From the NCBI GenBank assembly GCA_003252295.1, contig QKEV01000011.1, forward strand, positions 7,127 through 71,126: a stretch of 64,000 nt of DNA, in the 5' to 3' direction. The DNA comes from a bacterium (GTDB lineage Bacteria; Patescibacteriota; Minisyncoccia; Phycocordibacterales; UBA12088). Shown piece by piece: positions 9,960 through 16,701 of this stretch (its first letter is position 1; every line of letters begins with the position of its first letter). The notes below the pieces were generated by a model. That model did no database searches, was not told where the DNA came from, and was given only the letters and a program-made list of their open reading frames with translations. The position numbers and the translations under genes were made by a program.

Positions 9960-10127
9960 CCAATCCTCAATGATTATTTTCTTCCCAGATTGACGAACGA
10001 CAAGGTTTTGCTTATCACGCCACTTAAGGTTGCGCACCATCTCAATAGGAATTCTTACAAAAGCACTTCCTCTTTTTGTTTTTGTAAGTTTTCGTATGTT
10101 TCTATTTTCTACTGCACGTCTTCCCAT
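9951..10127 (-). CDS. SpoVT/AbrB-domain protein (MazE/VapB-type antitoxin-like or AbrB-family regulator), 58 aa
   Basis: Unlisted small ORF MGRRAVENRNIRKLTKTKRGSAFVRIPIEMVRNLKWRDKQNLVVRQSGKKIIIEDWSR. The core (R/K)IPxE(I/M)(V/R)xxL followed by a G(D/K)x(V/I) strand is the swapped-hairpin AbrB/MazE signature. No cognate toxin ORF is adjacent. Confidence 0.5.
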   Translation of the reverse strand: MGRRAVENRNIRKLTKTKRGSAFVRIPIEMVRNLKWRDKQNLVVRQSGKKIIIEDWSR

Positions 10128-10167
10128 ACATGCACTATAGCATCCATATGATAAACCATATGATTTA

Positions 10168-11436
10168 TCATATGGATAATTTTACCTGAGTAATATCACT
10201 CCATCTTGTGGTGTAGCGTGGTGACATGTGTGCACGCTTTGAACGCCAGGTGTTTTTCCCGAGCTCAGCAGCAGTCTGGACTGTGAGACCGTACTCACCC
10301 TGTAGCATGTCGAGTGTATCCATGAGCTTACTGTTCTCATCTACCTCTTCGGCAAACAGTGTCGCTTTGGGCTGTGCGCCAACACGAACAATATCATGTA
10401 CAGCAACTCCAGCTTTCACGTACGCAACATCAGACCTATACAAGTACTCCAGTATCCTCTCTGCAACCTCCACTATAGTGAGCGTGTTGCTGGTATGGAC
10501 CGAAAGAATCTCAAAGTGGGAAAGATTCTTTGTTTGACCATACCCTTTTGCCCGCACGAACACCGATACACGTTTTGCTACACAATCCTCTGCGCGTAGC
10601 ATCTCTGCTGCAGCACGAGCATGACGAGCAACAGCTGAACACACCTCATGTTTCTCTTGTACAGCAGTACCAAATGACTGTGAGTTCATGAGTGACTTAC
10701 GCACCTCATTACTCTCCCCGATAGAAAAGTATTGCTTGCCACTGAGCTCCTGTACCGTGCGCCCTAGTCCCACGTGCACACTCCTCCCAGCATCACTCTT
10801 CACATACTCCACAAGATCATGAGCAGTTGCTATACCTAAACGTTCCAACTGTGGTGCACCACGTCGTCCGACACCCCACACATCTGCAACAGCAGTATCT
10901 CTAAGCACATCCTGTACAGCACCTTGTTCAATGAGTACTGGAAAGTGTCGCTTCTGGTAACTCGGCTTCATGGTATGCGCTGACACTTTTGCTAGAGTCT
11001 TTGTGCTACCTATACCAATAGTTACTGGTACACCTACCTCCTTGAGCACAACTTGTCGTATCTTCTTAGCTTGTGAGCACAGTATCCCACCATCTCTACA
11101 CTCAAGTACAAGAAAGGCCTCATCAATCGAGTATGTTTCGACCGTATCAGAAAAACGGCGTAGTACACTCATGACACGCTTCGATACATCACGGTACAGT
11201 TCGAAGTTTGAGGAAAACACCGCAACATCTTCACGCTTGCACACATCACGGACCATAAAGAATGGTACCCCCATAGAAATACCAAGCTGCTTCACCTCTT
11301 GTGAACGCGAGATCACGCAACCATCGTTACTCGAGAGCACGAGAACCGGGTGTGTACGCAGGTCAGGACGAAAGAGCCGTTCACACGACACAAAGAAGTT
11401 GTCACAATCAACAAGTGCTATCACTGACTTCTTCAT
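10168..11436 (-). CDS. umuC: Y-family translesion DNA polymerase, UmuC-like
   Basis: N-terminal ALVDCDNFFVSCERLFRPDL, YSIDEAF, and the C-terminal MSPRYTTRWSD tail align closely with E. coli UmuC. Confidence 0.9.
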   Translation of the reverse strand: MKKSVIALVDCDNFFVSCERLFRPDLRTHPVLVLSSNDGCVISRSQEVKQLGISMGVPFFMVRDVCKREDVAVFSSNFELYRDVSKRVMSVLRRFSDTVETYSIDEAFLVLECRDGGILCSQAKKIRQVVLKEVGVPVTIGIGSTKTLAKVSAHTMKPSYQKRHFPVLIEQGAVQDVLRDTAVADVWGVGRRGAPQLERLGIATAHDLVEYVKSDAGRSVHVGLGRTVQELSGKQYFSIGESNEVRKSLMNSQSFGTAVQEKHEVCSAVARHARAAAEMLRAEDCVAKRVSVFVRAKGYGQTKNLSHFEILSVHTSNTLTIVEVAERILEYLYRSDVAYVKAGVAVHDIVRVGAQPKATLFAEEVDENSKLMDTLDMLQGEYGLTVQTAAELGKNTWRSKRAHMSPRYTTRWSDITQVKLSI

Positions 11437-11533
11437 AGCAATACATCACAATCACGAACTAATAGATTTGAATGAAGTTCGAGGTGTCGAGGAAACATCA
11501 GCTTGAATAGCACAAACACACGAGTCCTAATAC

Positions 11534-12031
11534 CTAAAGTCTACGGCTAAGAGCGGAAACAACACCCCAGATGTATACCCCATCACCATCACACACCTCC
11601 TGCTTTACCGCATCTCCCACACCACACACCAAAAACTGTCTACCTTCATGCTCAGTGTAGCGACAAAGAGAAAATGCACCTTCACGTACCGCTAAGACGA
11701 GGTTACCGAGAACAGGAGTGAGTGCTCTATCGATAGTGAGTATGTCACCCTGCATAACACCAAGAAACTTGTTCTCCTCTATCTTTACTGGACCATCAGG
11801 ATTACCCACTTCAACAAAGTAGGTTGCTGCAGGGTGCTGTACGAACAACTTATCTAGAGAGAGAGCGTTCTTGTAACCATCAGACATTGCATAGTCCGCA
11901 CTCTCCTCAAGTGCATAGCGACATGCAGCACACACCACCTCACCACCATTGCCATGCACATGCTTGTCCTTACTAAGTGACGTACGTACAAAAGATACTG
12001 GTTTCATAGTTTTATGTTCTTGTTTTTCCAT
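11534..12031 (-). CDS. umuD: UmuD-like S24-fold protein; catalytic dyad apparently degenerate
   Basis: QHPAATYFVEV aligns with UmuD QHPSATYFVKA. Directly upstream of umuC. By-eye alignment places GNPDG where GDSM is expected and REGAFSLCRY where GEFTVKKL is expected. Confidence 0.7.
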   Translation of the reverse strand: MEKQEHKTMKPVSFVRTSLSKDKHVHGNGGEVVCAACRYALEESADYAMSDGYKNALSLDKLFVQHPAATYFVEVGNPDGPVKIEENKFLGVMQGDILTIDRALTPVLGNLVLAVREGAFSLCRYTEHEGRQFLVCGVGDAVKQEVCDGDGVYIWGVVSALSRRL

Positions 12032-12075
12032 ACCACCTAGTACGAAAAGATTGAGTGGTAAATTTCACAATTAAT

Positions 12076-12642
12076 TTATGAGTATGTTCTAATAACACTT
12101 CGCACCACACCGCCAATCTCCAGAGACTGCTCAGGCCACAGGTCATCATAATCTTCGTTTGCCGCCTCGAGGTACCTCTTTCCTTTCTTCTCTCGTAAGT
12201 ATTTAACTGTCCATTCGCCATCAAGGTTTGCTGCTACAATATCTCCCACCCGCGCAGTCGATGTTTTCTCCACCAAGAGAAGATCACCCTCATGTATGCC
12301 GGCATCTATCATGGAGAGTCCTTTCACACGCAAGAGGTACATGTTCTCTTTTTTACCAAGTAAGAGGTCATCTATAGCAATGTGGTCGAGTGACATCTCT
12401 TCTGCAGGTGAAGGGAAACCTGCCTCAATGTATCCAAGAAGCGGCACCTCACTCTCAAGAGCAAGTGGCACCAAACGCCCCTGATTATCACGTTCTACCA
12501 TTCCAGCATCGACAAGTTTCTGTACCACCTTAGCAACAGCATTCTTAGAGGCAAAACCAAAGAGGGTGCACATCTCACTGTATCCAGGCATCCTCTTGTG
12601 GTTCTTGTAGAACGTTTTGAGTAGGTCTCTGTAGTGCTCCAT
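12076..12642 (-). CDS. lexA: LexA repressor
   Basis: N-terminal winged HTH, AG cleavage site (EAGFPSPA), GLSM Ser nucleophile, EWTVKYL Lys. Confidence 0.9.
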   Translation of the reverse strand: MEHYRDLLKTFYKNHKRMPGYSEMCTLFGFASKNAVAKVVQKLVDAGMVERDNQGRLVPLALESEVPLLGYIEAGFPSPAEEMSLDHIAIDDLLLGKKENMYLLRVKGLSMIDAGIHEGDLLLVEKTSTARVGDIVAANLDGEWTVKYLREKKGKRYLEAANEDYDDLWPEQSLEIGGVVRSVIRTYS

Positions 12643-12650
12643 ACCGTATA

Positions 12651-12914
12651 CTATGCAAAGTTCCAGTTAAAGAGTCGTGTAGAGACACGTTGGTTGAGAC
12701 TCTTACGGACAGGACTTTTTCCGAAACGAGAGCGTCGGAAGATCTGCAAGGTTGTGTCTTCCTGTACACCCAAGCGCTGGAGTGCGCTGAGGAGGTCTCG
12801 GTGACGACGTGCTTCTTTTTCATATGAACAACCCCGTACGATCTTGGTATCTATCACAGTATTAAGCTTTTTTAGCTCCCTGTTAAGTTCTTTGAGAAGT
12901 GTTGTTTTGTTCAT
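12651..12914 (-). CDS. Hypothetical basic protein co-transcribed with lexA (87 aa if started at Met68)
   Basis: The ORF ends 8 nt before the lexA ATG. The ORF track's longest form (12651..13115) would contain the LexA-box-like palindrome, so the Met68 start just downstream of the box is preferred. Confidence 0.35.
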   Translation of the reverse strand: MNKTTLLKELNRELKKLNTVIDTKIVRGCSYEKEARRHRDLLSALQRLGVQEDTTLQIFRRSRFGKSPVRKSLNQRVSTRLFNWNFA

Positions 12915-12948
12915 AAGCCCTTTAGTTAATGAATATGTGTACAGTATA

Positions 12949-12964
12949 AGTGAACGTTCGTTCA
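12949..12964 (-). promoter_or_regulatory. Candidate LexA operator (Cheo-box-like GAAC-N4-GTTC palindrome)
   Basis: GTGAACGTTCGTTCAC is a perfect 6-bp inverted repeat with a 4-nt spacer, about 35 nt upstream of the Met68 start of the ORF that precedes lexA. Confidence 0.4.
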
Positions 12965-13041
12965 CCGTCAACTTTTTTCCCCGCTTTACCCTCTTTACGG
13001 TACGCATTTTTCTCACTGTCAAACTTATCGACATACACCCC

Positions 13042-13069
13042 ATGGTATGAATTGACAACAGGTATTCCT
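13042..13069 (+). promoter_or_regulatory. Consensus sigma70-type promoter upstream of the small ORF / radical SAM gene
   Basis: TTGACA (13042..13047), 16 nt, TACTAT (13064..13069). An AAAGGGGGA Shine-Dalgarno sequence follows at 13123..13131. Confidence 0.55.
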
Positions 13070-13136
13070 TTGCTACTATCAAAATAGACCGTAGGTGGTA
13101 ACTATCACACTGCATTAATCAACAAAGGGGGATACA

Positions 13137-13250
13137 AATGGAAAAGAAACAAAGTACCGAAGAGAAGGCAGAAAAGGTTCTCAAACAACTGCAGAAGATG
13201 AGAGGAGATGTCAAAGACATTCCGCCAATGAAACGTCTTCCCATGGTTAA
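13137..13250 (+). CDS. Small ORF (37 aa as written) immediately upstream of the radical SAM/SPASM enzyme; candidate precursor peptide, frame uncertain
   Basis: ATG at 13137 sits 6 nt after a strong SD and reads MGKETKYRREGRKGSQTTAEDERRCQRHSANETSSHG. The +1 frame reads ...EKKQSTEEKAEKVLKQLQKMRGDVKDIPPMKRLPMVNGEGC, stops at 13264..13266, and is more protein-like. Confidence 0.3.
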   Translation, partial: NGKETKYRREGRKGSQTTAEDERRCQRHSANETSSHG

Positions 13251-13274
13251 TGGAGAAGGATGCTAAGAGTTTTT

Positions 13275-13317
13275 GAGCCCTCGTATTTGTACCGGAGGGC
13301 TCTAACATTTTTTCTGG
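13275..13317 (+). terminator. Hairpin plus T-run between the small ORF and the radical SAM gene (attenuator or partial terminator)
   Basis: GAGCCCTC gtatttgtaccg GAGGGCTC is an 8-bp GC-rich stem with inner GTA/TAC pairing, followed by TAACATTTTTTC. Confidence 0.5.
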
Positions 13318-13326
13318 AGATCAGAG

Positions 13327-14337
13327 ATGGAATATGAAAAATTTTCTGCGCTGCAGATTGAATACTCTTCAAGATGCAATATGCAGGATGTATGCAAGCA
13401 TTGCTATGGAGCAACAGGTATTCATGAAGCAGAAAAGACGATACCAGATAAAGTGATGGAGGTCATACTTGCTGAAGCAAAATACATTGCGTCTTCTATC
13501 ACCATTACCGGAGGTGAACCAGCAACATTTCCTCACATGACGAGAAGGATTTGCAATGAGTCAGGGCTTCCGGTTTTTGTTATGACCAACGGAATGAAGC
13601 TCATTGAAGGTATTACGCCAGCTAGCGTACTTTTTTCCTTGGATGCAAATGATGCACGTCCAGGTATCAACCCAGACACCATACTCAAAAATGTTCTTGG
13701 TTACAATTGCAACCTAGCATGCAATACAGTACTCACGAGTGATCTGGACCTGTTGTCGTACTTCGAAAAAATGAAAGCGCTCAACAAGAAATTGCTTTCA
13801 CGAGGACAGCATTTGAGAGAGTGGAAACTTGGTTTTGTTATAGACAGAGGGCGAGCAACGAAACATAGAAACCTGTTCCCCGATATCGATGTCGTATTTA
13901 AACAACTACGGCAGCTACTCATCACCTATTTCGAAGACCCACCTTTTCACTTGGCAATTCGCGGCTTCCTGTACACAAAGTTTTTAACCGATGCATACTT
14001 GCAGTCAATAAAAAACTTTAAGCTTCAAGAAAAGCGAAACCCATGCCTCGACTGCTACGGCAGAGGTGAGATACTCACCGTAAACACGGAAGGACGTGTA
14101 CAGATGTGCACCGTACATCGTACTGTTTCCGAACCGATCACAGACAGTCTCATTGATGCCGTACTAAAGCTTCTACAACGGAATGAGTTCACTGCCCTCA
14201 CGTACAGAGATTGGTCTGAGTGTCACAGTTGTCGGTACTGGAACATTTGTGGCGGTGGTTGCCCATCACTTGCAGAAAACTACGGAGGTTCATGGACAGG
14301 AAAGGACACCTTTCAATGTACCATTATGGGAAAATAG
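13327..14337 (+). CDS. Radical SAM protein with C-terminal SPASM domain (peptide-maturase-like)
   Basis: N-terminal Cys triad CNMQDVCKHC (CX5CX2C, not the canonical CX3CX2C), the GGEP SAM-binding motif, and the C-terminal CLDC...C plus CHSCRYWNICGGGC (CX2CX5CX3C SPASM signature). Confidence 0.8.
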   Translation: MEYEKFSALQIEYSSRCNMQDVCKHCYGATGIHEAEKTIPDKVMEVILAEAKYIASSITITGGEPATFPHMTRRICNESGLPVFVMTNGMKLIEGITPASVLFSLDANDARPGINPDTILKNVLGYNCNLACNTVLTSDLDLLSYFEKMKALNKKLLSRGQHLREWKLGFVIDRGRATKHRNLFPDIDVVFKQLRQLLITYFEDPPFHLAIRGFLYTKFLTDAYLQSIKNFKLQEKRNPCLDCYGRGEILTVNTEGRVQMCTVHRTVSEPITDSLIDAVLKLLQRNEFTALTYRDWSECHSCRYWNICGGGCPSLAENYGGSWTGKDTFQCTIMGK

Positions 14338-14460
14338 GAAGAATATATACTTCCTATACTACCTAAAAAAATTCAAGACAGTTTTCAAACCTTACTGTCA
14401 TAGCACGCTGCCGCTCTCCACATTGTGGACAGCGGCAGTAACTATTACTATTATCTACAC

Positions 14461-15150
14461 ATGTACACAAAAGATTTTGCAAACAACTACGACACGCTTG
14501 GCTGGGGAAACTTTTCAGAAAAGGTTTATATGGATATTCGTGCACATGTAAAAAACAAAAAAAATATTTTAGATATTGCTTGTGGGACAGGTGTACTCGC
14601 AAACAAACTGGCAGCTGATGGACATAATGTGTGGGGATTTGACCTATCTGACGACATGATACGGGTCGCAAAAAGAAAAACGTCAACAGCAGTATTTAGT
14701 GTCAACAATATGAATACGTTCCAGATGAAAAAAGAATTTGATGCTATCACCTGTGTATATGACTCGATAAATCACATAACAAACTGGAAACATTTTTTTA
14801 AGAATGTTGCAAAACATTTAACGCAAGACGGTGTGTTTATTTTTGACTACAACACGATTGCCGGACTCAAAAAATGGGGTAACCCGTTTATACAAGAAAC
14901 AAAAGACACCATATGCAGCTTTTCTGGTTCATACAACAACAAAAAGCACTCAGCAAAACTCAACCTCAAATGCTACAAAAAACAACACAGTAATGAACTT
15001 ACGACACTTGTTGAAGATTCATTTACAAGTTACACCTACACCAAAAGAGAGGTTATGTGGTGGCTAAAAAATGCTGGATTAACAACAAAGAAACTATACC
15101 CGAATAAACATAACCCTTATCGAGAAACCCTCATTTGTACAAAAAAGTAG
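14461..15150 (+). CDS. Class I SAM-dependent methyltransferase
   Basis: ILDIACGTGVLANKL (motif I) and DAITCVYDSINHI (motif II). The ORF track starts at 14425; the ATG at 14461 is the more likely start. Confidence 0.8.
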   Translation: MYTKDFANNYDTLGWGNFSEKVYMDIRAHVKNKKNILDIACGTGVLANKLAADGHNVWGFDLSDDMIRVAKRKTSTAVFSVNNMNTFQMKKEFDAITCVYDSINHITNWKHFFKNVAKHLTQDGVFIFDYNTIAGLKKWGNPFIQETKDTICSFSGSYNNKKHSAKLNLKCYKKQHSNELTTLVEDSFTSYTYTKREVMWWLKNAGLTTKKLYPNKHNPYRETLICTKK

Positions 15151-15209
15151 TGCTACTACACACAGGATCTACGTGTGAGTGTTTGATAAAAATATGCTAC
15201 AGTTTACGC

Positions 15210-15785
15210 ATGAAAACTTTTTTACTTAAATCAATACTACTTCTATCACTTATTAGTAATGCCCTCCTGCTCTACCTCGTAGTGGAGCAGAAGAATGTGC
15301 AGAATGCAGTTGAACATGAAGAACTTGCACAGCAAGCAGAGCAACCTGTCATGCGTTTACCTGAGAGTGGCAACACGTACCCTCTCATACGTATTATCGA
15401 CGGCGATACTATTGTAGTAGGTTTTGATAAGCAAACACAGTACGTACGTCTCATTGGTATTGACTCACCTGAACCAAATGACCCAGGAGGACCTGAGTGT
15501 TACGCTGATGAAGCAACAAAACATCTTCAAGCATTAGCACAAACAGGATTAGTGGTGCTTCATTTTGATGAGTCACAGGGTACACGCGATACGTATGGAC
15601 GTCTTCTTGCCTACATTGAACTTCCTGATGGAACCGACCTTGGAAAGAAAATGATTGAAGATGGTTATGCACGTGAGTACACCTACAACACAGCATATAC
15701 TCGACAAGCAGACTACCAAGCAGCTGAAAATGATGCTATGGAAAATGAGCGTGGTTTATGGGCTCCAGGTGCCTGTGATGAATAG
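15210..15785 (+). CDS. nuc: Secreted thermonuclease (SNase-like)
   Basis: Signal/TM segment MKTFLLKSILLLSLISNALLL, then IDGDTIVV...YVRLIGIDSPE...YGRLLAYIE, characteristic of staphylococcal nuclease homologues. Confidence 0.8.
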   Translation: MKTFLLKSILLLSLISNALLLYLVVEQKNVQNAVEHEELAQQAEQPVMRLPESGNTYPLIRIIDGDTIVVGFDKQTQYVRLIGIDSPEPNDPGGPECYADEATKHLQALAQTGLVVLHFDESQGTRDTYGRLLAYIELPDGTDLGKKMIEDGYAREYTYNTAYTRQADYQAAENDAMENERGLWAPGACDE

Positions 15786-15789
15786 TAAA

Positions 15790-16629
15790 CTACTTGTCCT
15801 CTAGTTTCTTAAGGCGTTCATCTTCCACCTCTATGTAGCCAGTGGCAGCATTCTCTACACACTGTAGTACGAGGTACTGCGTACCAGAAAGCACATCAGT
15901 TGTGAGTAAGTAGTACTCTCTCGATACACGCGCAAGCGAAAGCGCAAGCCCTTCGGTCTCATATGCAGTATGAGGAAGTTCGGGAAGTTTATTAACTGGG
16001 TTAGTTACGAGAAGCGTACTTTCAAGTGAATAGTCTACGCCATACTCAGTCTGTGGACCGTACGCTACCACGAGCCCTGTTTCCACATCGATAACTGCAT
16101 GCTGCTGACAACTTGAGCCACAACCCCACTCAGCAACTGCAAACCGTCCTGCAAAGACCGCTCCCTTTTTCAACGCAGCCGTAATGACACGTTCATTCTC
16201 TTCCGCTTCTTTAAATATTGAAAAGTCTGGTTTGGTAGCAACTTCTCCTTCATACATGACGATCTTACTATCTGAACTTGTTGCAAAACGAAACTCCTGA
16301 CGCTCTAGTACACTCTTGCAGGTAAGTGCTTTTGATTGCACTTCTTGCAGTTCACCGGCTCGTTTGTACACACCACCCTGCTCACGCACAGCACCCCATA
16401 CCCAGAGTACGTAGTCACCAGAACAAGTGTGTACCAAACGACCAAACGGATACCAGGATACCTGTACACCGTCCTGAAGAAGAGCTCCCTCGCTGTCATA
16501 ACACACCGAAGCAAGAGGTCCGAATGACTCGAGTACCTTGTCTGTTGTGTGCCCAATACCACTTGAGTCCATCCATGGCGCCCACAGAGGGATTACCACT
16601 AAGAGTGTAATAAATAAGGCACGTACCAT
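15790..16629 (-). CDS. Secreted hypothetical protein
   Basis: N-terminal signal peptide, 279 aa. Confidence 0.5.
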   Translation of the reverse strand: MVRALFITLLVVIPLWAPWMDSSGIGHTTDKVLESFGPLASVCYDSEGALLQDGVQVSWYPFGRLVHTCSGDYVLWVWGAVREQGGVYKRAGELQEVQSKALTCKSVLERQEFRFATSSDSKIVMYEGEVATKPDFSIFKEAEENERVITAALKKGAVFAGRFAVAEWGCGSSCQQHAVIDVETGLVVAYGPQTEYGVDYSLESTLLVTNPVNKLPELPHTAYETEGLALSLARVSREYYLLTTDVLSGTQYLVLQCVENAATGYIEVEDERLKKLEDK

Positions 16630-16701
16630 GAAAGCAGTATACCGTCATGTCCTCTCTACGAGAACTTCACAGACTGTAGAAAAATAGTAAAAAATGAGTC
16701 C

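Noticed and set aside
12651-13115. Full 154-aa version of the ORF upstream of lexA
   Set aside because: The N-terminal third would contain the LexA-box-like palindrome and run into the divergent promoter of the radical SAM cassette; the Met68 start gives a sensible box-RBS-ATG arrangement. Kept only as the shorter 87-aa form, at low confidence.
13105-13308. 67-aa minus-strand ORF overlapping the small precursor ORF and promoter
   Set aside because: Antisense to a region with a clear plus-strand promoter, SD and start codon; hydrophobic low-complexity translation; no start context.
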